From the sequence record MW822008.1: 64,000 nucleotides of DNA; one strand, written 5' to 3'. This DNA comes from Escherichia phage BF17. Of the stretch, positions 18,584 to 27,539 are shown in pieces (positions within the stretch are counted from its first letter, which is position 1; every line of letters begins with the position of its first letter). The notes below the pieces were generated by a model, which ran no database searches, was not told the DNA's origin, and saw only the letters and a program-made list of their open reading frames with translations. Both the position numbers and the translations under genes were made by a program.

Positions 18584-19132
18584 ATGCAGCAATATAATTT
18601 AACTGAAGAACAAAGTGATATTTTTTACCATCATATGTTTTTAATTGATGAATTTGCTTTAAAAATTAATTCTGAAGCAATTGATATATTGAAGAAATGG
18701 TATAGTTGTTATAATAAAAACAAAAAGTGGTATTGGTTTAATAGAAATATAAAATCATTTCTAAAAACAATCACATACACTGATAGTATTGAGTTAATAC
18801 ATAGTTCTATTGGATATAGTTACTTAACTAAACACAACAGTACTATGATGTTATCAGGGTTTAAAGTTGAAAGAATTTCCAAGTTAACAGGTTTGTCATT
18901 AGAAACAATTCTATATGATATTGAGAAAATTTGGAAAACTATAGAATTAATGCATAAAAATATGTCATTCATATATAGAAATTATGATATATTCACTGAT
19001 GTACGACAATATCATAATAAACCGTATGTATTGGATGAAAAGTACTATAATCATATGGAAGTTTGTTCTAAACTCGTTGATGATTGGAATCTAGAGGGAC
19101 ATAATGAAATACACACACCTAAGTATAGATGA
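18584..19132 (+). CDS. hypothetical protein
   Basis: ATG at 18584 after AGGTAGG. No domain recognised. Confidence 0.6.
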   Translation: MQQYNLTEEQSDIFYHHMFLIDEFALKINSEAIDILKKWYSCYNKNKKWYWFNRNIKSFLKTITYTDSIELIHSSIGYSYLTKHNSTMMLSGFKVERISKLTGLSLETILYDIEKIWKTIELMHKNMSFIYRNYDIFTDVRQYHNKPYVLDEKYYNHMEVCSKLVDDWNLEGHNEIHTPKYR

Positions 19133-19628
19133 TACTAATATCTGGTTAGATAACATAATCAAGACATTAGAATTAATTAAACTTACATTACAAAAAACTA
19201 CTGATATTGAAATTAATATTAAACAAGAAATATTAAACTATTATCATAGAAACAAATATAGCACGTTTATCTCTAAATTAATTTATGGATTATATGATAT
19301 TGAAGATATTTGCATCGGTTACAGTACTGGTATTTGCTTCACAGTTAATGGTTTAAAAAATGATTTAAATTTCAGACTTTCCGATGAAGAGCAAGATTTT
19401 CGTAGATTTTGTGATAATATTATGGATACAGATAAAATTACATTTGTTATTGAATTAAATCAAACGTGGTCTACATATGCAGATAAACCATTTGAAATTA
19501 ATGAAACAGATGTGTTAAACTATATTCGAGTTATGAAAATTCATGATTTGTGTAAAAACGCATTGTTAAGTATTGGAGCTTATAATGAAACATACGACTT
19601 GGTTGAAGATAGCAGAAGTAGTTGCTGA
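19104..19628 (+). CDS. hypothetical protein
   Basis: ORF track. No domain recognised. Confidence 0.6.
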   Translation: MKYTHLSIDDTNIWLDNIIKTLELIKLTLQKTTDIEINIKQEILNYYHRNKYSTFISKLIYGLYDIEDICIGYSTGICFTVNGLKNDLNFRLSDEEQDFRRFCDNIMDTDKITFVIELNQTWSTYADKPFEINETDVLNYIRVMKIHDLCKNALLSIGAYNETYDLVEDSRSSC

Positions 19629-20064
19629 GGAAAGTAAATGTATTTCACAAAAAGTTGGTTGTGTTATTGTTAAAAATAACCGAGTATTGAGTACTGGATA
19701 CAATGGTACTCCATCAAAACAACCAAATTGTTGTGATGTGAATCAACACTTAGTCAATGATGGACGTTTTCAAGACTGGGTTAGTGATGAAGCAAAGCAT
19801 GAACATCATGAGTGGAGTAATATTCATGAAATCCATGCTGAAATGAACGCTTTACTCTATAGTTCTCCTACTGAACGTCAAGGTGCTACTCTTTACACAA
19901 CACTACAACCATGTTATACTTGTTCTAAGTTGATCGCAGGTAGTGGAATTTCACGTGTAATTTATCTCAAAAATTATCCTCGTACACCACCAGAAGCTAT
20001 TAAAGTACTGGAAGATGCTGGAATTATTGTTAATTGCATTTATGATAAGGGTCTTGATAAATGA
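19585..20064 (+). CDS. cd: dCMP deaminase
   Basis: Zinc motifs HAEMNAL and PCYTCSKLI. ATG at 19585 follows GGAG. Confidence 0.85.
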   Translation: MKHTTWLKIAEVVAEESKCISQKVGCVIVKNNRVLSTGYNGTPSKQPNCCDVNQHLVNDGRFQDWVSDEAKHEHHEWSNIHEIHAEMNALLYSSPTERQGATLYTTLQPCYTCSKLIAGSGISRVIYLKNYPRTPPEAIKVLEDAGIIVNCIYDKGLDK

Positions 20065-20318
20065 CAGTAATAATTATTATTGCTTTTCTAATAACAGTGT
20101 TTTTCATTTTTATGTTATATATAGTTGCTATGGATGAACCTAATACTTCTTTTCGAAATTATGAAGTTCGTTTTTCTGCACAAAATAATAAGTACTATAT
20201 TGTAAACTGTATACACCGTAGTGAGAAAAGGGTAACAAGTAGATTTGGATTTACCATTTATTATAAAGACCGAGTAGAAGCTGATATGATTTGTCAGAAG
20301 CTTAATACTGTAGAATAA
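20061..20318 (+). CDS. small membrane-anchored protein
   Basis: N-terminal helix VIIIIAFLITVFFIFMLYIV. ATGA overlap with the upstream stop. Confidence 0.6.
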   Translation: MTVIIIIAFLITVFFIFMLYIVAMDEPNTSFRNYEVRFSAQNNKYYIVNCIHRSEKRVTSRFGFTIYYKDRVEADMICQKLNTVE

Positions 20319-20347
20319 AAAAAAGGAGCCGTATGGCTCCTTTTTTT
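20317..20347. terminator. bidirectional intrinsic terminator between convergent genes
   Basis: A8-GGAGCC-GTAT-GGCTCC-T7. Confidence 0.8.
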
Positions 20348-20348
20348 G

Positions 20349-20726
20349 TTAACCAGGGAGGTTACAATAATACAAATCCCAAGGGTGATATTTCATCGCA
20401 CCAGTACTCAATTTAATTTTATGAAACTGGAATGATTCGGCAAATGCACTATCGTCAATCTTAATACAAAAAGTGTTTTTGGCTAGAGTTGGTGCAATTT
20501 CCAATGCTGTTTTAGATGCATCTAATCTAATTTTATCTTTATCATAACTAGTGATAGTTACAAAACGATAAACATTAAAATCAGTATCAATGAGATCGTA
20601 AACACAACTAGAACGTTGATTAAAGATGTTCAAGTTATATTTCAATTCACCGTTTATATTAGCTGCGGTTACACAAAACCCGCCGATATTGAATGGTAGT
20701 TTACCTTGTGCTGCGATAGCTTTCAT
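20349..20726 (-). CDS. hypothetical protein; the only minus-strand gene in the window
   Basis: ATG with AAGGAAA upstream on the minus strand. Convergent with the 20061 ORF across a bidirectional terminator. No domain recognised. Confidence 0.6.
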   Translation of the reverse strand: MKAIAAQGKLPFNIGGFCVTAANINGELKYNLNIFNQRSSCVYDLIDTDFNVYRFVTITSYDKDKIRLDASKTALEIAPTLAKNTFCIKIDDSAFAESFQFHKIKLSTGAMKYHPWDLYYCNLPG

Positions 20727-20795
20727 ATTTTATTTCCTTTTTAAATATAAGTATGAAATATATTTGTTTTTTACATCAGATGCACCATGAACTAG

Positions 20796-20824
20796 TTGAC
20801 AAAACATCAGTGGTATGATATGAT
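20796..20824 (+). promoter_or_regulatory. promoter: TTGACA-N17-TATGAT
   Basis: Lies in the 210-bp intergenic region after the minus-strand gene. Confidence 0.5.
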
Positions 20825-20886
20825 CTGTTATAAACTGTACACCTTAAGTTTTATTTTTAAAAATTTGAGTTAAGTACAGAAAAAGT

Positions 20887-20915
20887 TTGACTTAAGTGTT
20901 TAAGTACTATATTAT
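20887..20915 (+). promoter_or_regulatory. promoter: TTGACT-N17-TATTAT
   Basis: Second tandem promoter upstream of the 20951 gene. Confidence 0.5.
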
Positions 20916-20950
20916 TTATATCTTCCTAAACAAAATTGAGGACTTGTTAT

Positions 20951-21559
20951 ATGAAAAGACTATGGCTTGAAGTGATACAAGCAGCAATGTTTCTATTGTT
21001 AATAAATTTTCCAGCCAGTGCTGGTATTGAAAGTAAAAATGTGATAAAGTATAATCCTGAAACCCGAAATGTATATTTCATATCAGATATTACAGATGGG
21101 TCACTCAAGAGAATGATAGAGTTGTATGATAAAGAACACTATGATACCATCACAATTACATCTCCTGGTGGTGATTTTGATGCAGGTATTCGAATGGCAA
21201 ACTTTGTTAGAGACAATGGGATAAATTTAATTGTTTCTAGGTATTGCAATTCAGCATGTACTGTGGTATTCTTTAGTGTATCTCCCGAAAAGCGATATAT
21301 GACAAATCGCTCAGTACTGGGTCTTCATAACATTTCGATTAAAAGTAATGTTACTGATGGTGATAATTCATTTGTGTCTGTAAGACAGTTATCAACTTTT
21401 ACCGAAGAAATGGCAACAAAGGTAGGTTTCCTTTTTTCACTATATGCAGCAAATGGAATCCCACCAGAAGTTCTATTTAGAGTTAGTCGTTCTCGTGGTG
21501 AAGATGTTGTAATATTAACAAAACCAGAACTGGTTTTTTACGGTTCAGTCAAACAATAA
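20951..21559 (+). CDS. secreted ClpP/SppA-fold serine-protease-like protein
   Basis: Signal peptide MKRLWLEVIQAAMFLLLINFPASAG. TSPGGDFDAGIRMANF and CNSAC align with the ClpP motifs SPGG and ASMG. Confidence 0.6.
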   Translation: MKRLWLEVIQAAMFLLLINFPASAGIESKNVIKYNPETRNVYFISDITDGSLKRMIELYDKEHYDTITITSPGGDFDAGIRMANFVRDNGINLIVSRYCNSACTVVFFSVSPEKRYMTNRSVLGLHNISIKSNVTDGDNSFVSVRQLSTFTEEMATKVGFLFSLYAANGIPPEVLFRVSRSRGEDVVILTKPELVFYGSVKQ

Positions 21560-21629
21560 AAATAATTAAAATAACAGGATGATTATGATGTACTTCCTTT
21601 GTTATTAATTATATTGAGATTATATAACT

Positions 21630-21890
21630 ATGACAAACATCCAAAACTTGACATCTATTATTTTTTATGCTACTGTAGTAATGTATGCTACAGTTATTTT
21701 TCTAACAGTTTTCATTTACAAAGATTATCGTAATGGCTTTATTGATTCAACTACAATGAAGTTCAATTCAAAATTCGAAGCAATAATTTATTATGTACTA
21801 TCAACTTCATACTTGGTGTGCCTAATGTTGTTAGGAGCACTAATTTATATCTTATACACAACATTATTTGCAATTGGAGCTATTTTATGA
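21630..21890 (+). CDS. small membrane protein
   Basis: Two to three hydrophobic helices. Confidence 0.6.
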   Translation: MTNIQNLTSIIFYATVVMYATVIFLTVFIYKDYRNGFIDSTTMKFNSKFEAIIYYVLSTSYLVCLMLLGALIYILYTTLFAIGAIL

Positions 21891-22480
21891 CCTGTATTAT
21901 TGCACACACTAACGGAGTAAGTTCTTTTATTGCTGGGGATAAGTTAGGAAGCAATGGATTTACAAAAACTGTTCAAACTGAACCAAAGGTATTCGAGAAA
22001 GAATTTATCAAGTTACATGATGATGGACTAACTAGAACTAAAGAAGTAATGGCATTGGGTTATACTACATCATTTCGTATGGGTCAGTTGTTAAATTATA
22101 ACCTTAATTTACCTGAACAAGATGCTAGTCAAACATTTTCACAATATTTGGTTCTTAAAGTTATTCCAATTATTCGTCAAATGTTTAAAGAAGAATGGGG
22201 TGCACGAGATGCATCACAAGATGTAGGTGGTGGACAATTTATCATTCTCCACAATCATACAATCTATGAAGTTCAAGAAGACTTTTCAGTACTACAACCT
22301 AAAACAAGAATTACCGCAGTAGGTAGTGGGACATATCATGCAATTGCAGCAATGCAAGCATATATTGAAGTTGAGAACGAATCTAAAAAACCACTACACG
22401 AACGTATCAAATCAATTTTTAAAATTGTTAGTGATAATGTAACAAGCGTAAGCGAAGAGTTTGATGTTTTAAAATATTAA
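21887..22480 (+). CDS. Ntn-hydrolase / proteasome-beta (HslV)-like protein
   Basis: ATGA overlap start gives MTCIIAHT..., a Thr next to the initiator Met. Contains GDKLGSNG and AVGSGTYHAIAAMQA, matching the proteasome-type pattern. Confidence 0.55.
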   Translation: MTCIIAHTNGVSSFIAGDKLGSNGFTKTVQTEPKVFEKEFIKLHDDGLTRTKEVMALGYTTSFRMGQLLNYNLNLPEQDASQTFSQYLVLKVIPIIRQMFKEEWGARDASQDVGGGQFIILHNHTIYEVQEDFSVLQPKTRITAVGSGTYHAIAAMQAYIEVENESKKPLHERIKSIFKIVSDNVTSVSEEFDVLKY

Positions 22481-22507
22481 AAGTACTAATATTATAAGAG
22501 AGAATAG

Positions 22508-22702
22508 ATGATGGCATACACAATTTATGAATGGGTTTTGAGTTTTTTTATAGTTTTTTCTATTGTTGTAATTTATAACAATACTAAATGCTTATATAGG
22601 GACTTGAAATCCAATGGTTATCACAAAGATAATAATTTTATGTATGCCTATCATATTGGAATCATTCTGTTATTATCAATATATTTAATTGGTTTTTTAT
22701 AA
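22508..22702 (+). CDS. small membrane protein
   Basis: Two hydrophobic helices. Confidence 0.55.
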   Translation: MMAYTIYEWVLSFFIVFSIVVIYNNTKCLYRDLKSNGYHKDNNFMYAYHIGIILLLSIYLIGFL

Positions 22703-22711
22703 GGATTGAAT

Positions 22712-23464
22712 ATGATATCAGAAAAATTTATAAGCAATGAAGGTAAAAAGCGATTACTGATTATATCAGGTGCAGGACTTTCTGTTGAAAGTGGTATGGA
22801 ACCTTTTCGATTTGATGATGGTTTGTGGGATACATTTAAAATTAATGATGTATGTAACATTGCTAGTTTAACTACAAAATATCATGTTGTTCATTCTTTC
22901 TATAATACATTACGTGTAAAATTGGGACAATGCGAACCGAATGCAATGCATTATTTTATAAAATCGTTAGAAGATCAATATGGTGATTGCTTCCTTCATA
23001 TGACTTCTAACATGGACGATCTTTATACTCGTATTGGTGGTCATGAGCTTAAACTTCATGGAAACTTGTGCGAAGTTATTGAAAATTATAGTATCAATTC
23101 CGATGATTATAATGTTATTAACTGCGGATACGAACCATACATACCAAAACATGATGTTTTTGCTAAACCAAATGTAGTAATGATTGGAGAATATCATCGT
23201 TATGTTGATGGTATTCGCTTACCAATTTACGAAGAACGAAATAATGTGTTGAAATCTCTTAATGAAAATGATACAGTTATTGTAATTGGTAGTAGCGATA
23301 CAGTACTGGTATGGTCGAGATTAGCAGCAGCATTACCATGTTATAGTGTTAATGTTAACATTCGTAAAAATGATAATGATTTTTTGTTTAATGAAAAAGT
23401 TATCAAGCCAGCAACCAAAGCAATACCGCATCTAGAGACTATAATTAAGGAACGTATGAAATGA
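22712..23464 (+). CDS. Sir2-family NAD-dependent deacylase / ADP-ribosyltransferase
   Basis: Contains GAGLSVESGMEPFR (compare GAGISxxSGIPxFR), TSNMDDL (compare TQNIDxL) and the catalytic LHGN. Confidence 0.8.
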   Translation: MISEKFISNEGKKRLLIISGAGLSVESGMEPFRFDDGLWDTFKINDVCNIASLTTKYHVVHSFYNTLRVKLGQCEPNAMHYFIKSLEDQYGDCFLHMTSNMDDLYTRIGGHELKLHGNLCEVIENYSINSDDYNVINCGYEPYIPKHDVFAKPNVVMIGEYHRYVDGIRLPIYEERNNVLKSLNENDTVIVIGSSDTVLVWSRLAAALPCYSVNVNIRKNDNDFLFNEKVIKPATKAIPHLETIIKERMK

Positions 23465-24012
23465 GTGTTAAAGAAGTTCCCTTTGGTGAATATGGCACAC
23501 GTGCAAATTTTGTATTTTGTTATTTCTTTGCAAGAAAATGCAACCCTTACAAAAACTATGAGTTGAATGATATACCAGAAGTAAATTTAGTATTACTGCA
23601 ATTACGATGGGATGGTCTTCTTGGTGGATGTGGTGGAACCGTAGAAAGTACTGATATCTCACTAGAAGATGCGTTGCGTCGTGAAGTTCAAGAAGAAATG
23701 GATTACAATATTTTTGTTTCCCATCTTCGACCACTCAAAACTTTTGAAATTTACCCAGGTGCAAACAGTCACAGTTTTAGCTATGAAGTAACCTATGACG
23801 AGTTGAAACACATTAGAGATGGATACACTAATGCTAAACATGCAAGTGCAGAAGTTGCTGGTGTAAATTTATGTCATATTTCTCGTTATTCTAAGGGACA
23901 AAATCGAGAAGCGGGATATAATAATCTTATGACACAGAACTTCATCGGTACAGCAAAACAAGAATTGGAGTATCTGGTTCAAAAAGAAAACTTACTAATT
24001 AGTTATCTATAG
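23461..24012 (+). CDS. Nudix-family hydrolase (slightly atypical box)
   Basis: Contains GGTVESTDISLEDALRREVQEEMDY. The REVQEE core is present, but the upstream spacing is one residue longer than in MutT. Confidence 0.65.
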   Translation: MSVKEVPFGEYGTRANFVFCYFFARKCNPYKNYELNDIPEVNLVLLQLRWDGLLGGCGGTVESTDISLEDALRREVQEEMDYNIFVSHLRPLKTFEIYPGANSHSFSYEVTYDELKHIRDGYTNAKHASAEVAGVNLCHISRYSKGQNREAGYNNLMTQNFIGTAKQELEYLVQKENLLISYL

Positions 24013-24021
24013 GAGTTTAAC

Positions 24022-24342
24022 ATGTCTTACTCAATGTTTTTGGATGATATTCGTGATGCAAATCTATATTATCCAAACCAAGATATGGTGGTATGTCGTG
24101 ACTTTAAAAGTGCATGTGAATATGTTATTGAAAATGGAATTCCAGCATTTGTATCATTCGACCATGACTTGGGTGATGTGAGCGAAGACGAAAAGACTGG
24201 ATATTCTTTTGCTAAGTTTCTTATTGATTATATGTTTGATAATAATATTAAAGAACCGTTTGAGTACTTTGTTCACAGTAGTAATCCTGTTGGTAAAATT
24301 AATATTGAAACATACTTAAACAATGGATTTAACGCATTATGA
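24022..24342 (+). CDS. cyclic-phosphate-processing receiver (cREC)-like domain protein
   Basis: FLDDIR...SFDHDLGD...TGYSFAKFL...VHSSNPVG matches my recollection of the cREC_REC family. I could not verify this. Confidence 0.45.
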   Translation: MSYSMFLDDIRDANLYYPNQDMVVCRDFKSACEYVIENGIPAFVSFDHDLGDVSEDEKTGYSFAKFLIDYMFDNNIKEPFEYFVHSSNPVGKINIETYLNNGFNAL

Positions 24343-24641
24343 TTCAAACACACATCAAAAGTCTTATTTGTACTGTTCTGTTAGGTGCAGGAGTTCTTTG
24401 GTTCGGACAGTATCACGAGAACACTAAGCGTACCAACATTCACTACAATACCGCAGAAGTTGTTAGTTTAGGACAATGTAGCGAGTCCAAATGTTCATTT
24501 ATGTATAAAACCCAAAGTGGTGAAGTACGTAATGGACTATCAAGAGAACCAGTTTCAATTGGTCAACTTGTTTACCAGGAGTGCTGGGAAGAAAAGGTTC
24601 GAGGTTCACGTTGCTATGTTGAATACGAACCAAATATGTAA
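24339..24641 (+). CDS. membrane-anchored small protein
   Basis: N-terminal helix LICTVLLGAGVLWFG. ATGA overlap with the upstream stop. Confidence 0.6.
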   Translation: MIQTHIKSLICTVLLGAGVLWFGQYHENTKRTNIHYNTAEVVSLGQCSESKCSFMYKTQSGEVRNGLSREPVSIGQLVYQECWEEKVRGSRCYVEYEPNM

Positions 24642-24701
24642 TAATCCGAGTCAATAACATTAGTCGAGTACAAGGATGTACTCATAACTCAAGGATGTTT
24701 T

Positions 24702-26141
24702 ATGAAAAAATATACAATTGACACAAACGTACTACTATCTGACCCGAATGCATCTATTGCTTTTGATGGTGCTGCAATCATTCTACCATTTACAGTACTG
24801 GAAGAATTGGATTCAATTAAGAGTCGTAATGTAGATGTTTCACGCGATGCTCGTGTTGCTATTCGTAACATTGAAGCAATTATTGCAGATGCATCACATG
24901 ATGAGATTAGTAGTACTGGTGTTAATATTGCTGATGTTCATACCAATATGAATCCTGATAGCAAATTGTTTGTTATTACAAACGAAGAAGCTGAAGCACT
25001 AATTCGTACTAAAGGTTCAGAAGAGAAAGTTCAAACCCTTCTCAAAAGCACAGTACCTGATGATAAAATCATTCTGGTAGCTTTAGCAACAGAATCAGTA
25101 CTGGTAACTCGTGATATCAACATGCGTATCAAAGCACTAAGTTATGGTGTCGAGGTACAAGATTATCGCCATGATATTGTTATTGGTGATAGTGATTTGA
25201 TTCACATTGGTCAACACCATTTGGAAATTAATTTTTGGGAAGTATATAGCAACTTATCCAATACTAATATTCAATCCGAACAAGTTGGTCGTCGTTTGTA
25301 TCATTACATTTCTAAAAGCTTGATTGAACATTTGCTTCCACAAAATCTATGCATCGGTGATTATCTATATGATGATGCAGACGTATTATTTGTGTACGAA
25401 GGTCAATCAGCAATTGAGGAAGATGATGGAACACTAACACCAGAAGATATTTTGGTATTCCAAGATATTGGACAATCAGTAGCTTTACGTGCTAAAGTAT
25501 GGGATATTAAAGCAAAGAATATCCAACAAGCACTCGCCATCAACAGTATTCTCGATCCTGATGTACATCTAACAGTACTGCTAGGTTCTGCTGGTACTGG
25601 TAAAACACTAATTACGATTGCTACTGCATTAGAATTAGTACTGGAAAAACGTAAATACGACCGAATCATCTTCTCTAAAACTCAAGACTCACAGTTTGAA
25701 GATATTGGTTTCTTGCCAGGTTCAGAAGCAGAAAAAGTGATTCCATTCTGTGGAGCCGCAATTGACGCGTTAGAGTTTCTTCATAAAGATGATGCTAACC
25801 CACAAGGTAGTATTGAAGAGATTATGAAACGTAATGTTATTCAATTTAAAGCACTAAACTTTGTACGTGGACGTTCATTCACCAACACTATTCTAGTAGT
25901 TGATGAATTCCAAAACATTACACCTGCACAAGCCAAAACAATCTTGACACGAGCAGGATTAAACTGTAAAGTAGTAATTATGGGTAACTTGAGTCAGATT
26001 GACAGTAAGTTTATTAGTCCTGTTAACAGTGGTTTGACATATGTAACTGAGAAGTTTAAAGATTGGGCAGGTTGTCGTGTCATCGAACTTGAAGGTGTTG
26101 TTCGCTCACCACTAGCTGAATTTGCTGAAGAAAATATGTAA
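24702..26141 (+). CDS. phoH: PIN-domain + PhoH-like ATPase (PhoH2/YlaK type)
   Basis: N-terminal PIN domain (YTIDTNVLL...LEELD). C-terminal P-loop LLGSAGTGKTL and Walker B VVDEFQN. Confidence 0.85.
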   Translation: MKKYTIDTNVLLSDPNASIAFDGAAIILPFTVLEELDSIKSRNVDVSRDARVAIRNIEAIIADASHDEISSTGVNIADVHTNMNPDSKLFVITNEEAEALIRTKGSEEKVQTLLKSTVPDDKIILVALATESVLVTRDINMRIKALSYGVEVQDYRHDIVIGDSDLIHIGQHHLEINFWEVYSNLSNTNIQSEQVGRRLYHYISKSLIEHLLPQNLCIGDYLYDDADVLFVYEGQSAIEEDDGTLTPEDILVFQDIGQSVALRAKVWDIKAKNIQQALAINSILDPDVHLTVLLGSAGTGKTLITIATALELVLEKRKYDRIIFSKTQDSQFEDIGFLPGSEAEKVIPFCGAAIDALEFLHKDDANPQGSIEEIMKRNVIQFKALNFVRGRSFTNTILVVDEFQNITPAQAKTILTRAGLNCKVVIMGNLSQIDSKFISPVNSGLTYVTEKFKDWAGCRVIELEGVVRSPLAEFAEENM

Positions 26142-26148
26142 TATTGTA

Positions 26149-26178
26149 TGGGACATTATGTCCCATACATGATATAAT
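26149..26178 (+). promoter_or_regulatory. promoter: TGGGAC(A) ... TGATATAAT with an inverted repeat in the spacer
   Basis: GGGACATTATGTCCC at 26151..26165. TGATATAAT at 26170..26178. Nearly identical to the element at 51371. Confidence 0.6.
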
Positions 26179-26209
26179 GTTGTTATCATACTACAGAAGG
26201 AGATATAAA

Positions 26210-26398
26210 ATGGCTAAACAACCTAAGAAAAAAGAACCAGTAGCAAAAGTTAAGAAAGAGAAAGTTATTCAATCTAAAGAACAACGTATGTACGAACAAC
26301 GTAAGAGTGAAACCCTATCCGGTCTACAAGCTCTACGCAAACAAGGTGTACTAACTCGTGCACAGTACCGTGAACTAGTAGCTCAGAAAGGTTTTTGA
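26210..26398 (+). CDS. small lysine-rich basic protein
   Basis: ATG at 26210 after AAGGAG. The upstream part of the track ORF overlaps the promoter at 26149..26178. Confidence 0.6.
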   Translation: MAKQPKKKEPVAKVKKEKVIQSKEQRMYEQRKSETLSGLQALRKQGVLTRAQYRELVAQKGF

Positions 26399-26503
26399 TT
26401 CATTTGAAGACATATTGTGGAGTTCTTAATAAATACTTTTATAAGAATAATAATACTTTTTATTAAATTAAAAAGAACTCCATGTGTTATTTCAGTTTTT
26501 CGT

Positions 26504-26528
26504 CCCTGTCTTTTGGCAGGGATTTTTT
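26504..26528 (+). terminator. intrinsic terminator
   Basis: CCCTGTC-TTTT-GGCAGGG followed by ATTTTTT. Confidence 0.7.
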
Positions 26529-26624
26529 ATATCTATATCTTGACAAAAGGAACAAATCATGAGAACATGTATTAAAGGAAGAATGACTTTCCATTAGGTT
26601 ATTTTAACTTAAAGGAGATTTCAT

Positions 26625-27182
26625 ATGTTTTTTGACCAAACATTTACGTTGTATCACGATTCTGGTAAAGTTGAGATTATTGATAATCTGTTAGAGTACA
26701 TTGCGGAACATGACGGTATAGACCGTTTCCACAGTAAGATGAAATTCGATTTAGCTGAATTCAACAAAAAGAATCGTGAAACATTTTGGAAGAACCGTTT
26801 CTATTACGAAATGTATCCAGAAAAGTTCGTAGGTTATTATCTTTGTACTGAAAAAGGATTACTTGTATCTCCTGATTTACTTATGGGTGAATACATGATA
26901 CTCTATAATGAGTACTGGGAACATAAACGTAAAGCTCGTGATAAGGAATGGCGACATAAGCGTTCGTATATGTACAAACATAACCACTCCCGATACAAGC
27001 GTCCTAAGACTCAGCAAGAGCGTCGTATGGCTTGTGCAGTACTGAAGGATGAGGGGGAACCTGAAATACGTGGAAGACGTAAGATGCGTTCATTACCATC
27101 GTATTGGGACGATATCAGAACAAGACACAGTACTGGCTGGAAATACAGTACTAAACGTAAACATCAATACAAAGGGAGCTAA
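26625..27182 (+). CDS. hypothetical protein with a highly basic C-terminus
   Basis: AAGGAG upstream. No domain recognised. Confidence 0.65.
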   Translation: MFFDQTFTLYHDSGKVEIIDNLLEYIAEHDGIDRFHSKMKFDLAEFNKKNRETFWKNRFYYEMYPEKFVGYYLCTEKGLLVSPDLLMGEYMILYNEYWEHKRKARDKEWRHKRSYMYKHNHSRYKRPKTQQERRMACAVLKDEGEPEIRGRRKMRSLPSYWDDIRTRHSTGWKYSTKRKHQYKGS

Positions 27183-27209
27183 TGCTCCCTAATTTTATAG
27201 GTGAACTTT

Positions 27210-27539
27210 ATGAACAAAATTGACGTTACTGTAGTGATTGGTTATATTGAAATTGAACCGTGTGGCATTGATACCTTTATTGACACTCTTAATAAGTATC
27301 GTGCTGAATATAACGGTCCCATTAGTCTTTCACCCGACGGTGGTTACGGCGGTTTTCATGGATACAATGTAATTTGGACCAGAGAAGAAACTGACGAAGA
27401 ATATAATACACGAATTGAAGCTGAATCTAAAAAATGTGAAGAAATTGAACGTCAAGAAATGAAACACTTAATGAACAAGAAATCATTAAGTACCGAAGAG
27501 AAATCTAAACTGCTAAAATATATCAAGGATTACATGTAA
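27210..27539 (+). CDS. hypothetical protein
   Basis: ATG at 27210 within track ORF 27201. Confidence 0.6.
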   Translation: MNKIDVTVVIGYIEIEPCGIDTFIDTLNKYRAEYNGPISLSPDGGYGGFHGYNVIWTREETDEEYNTRIEAESKKCEEIERQEMKHLMNKKSLSTEEKSKLLKYIKDYM

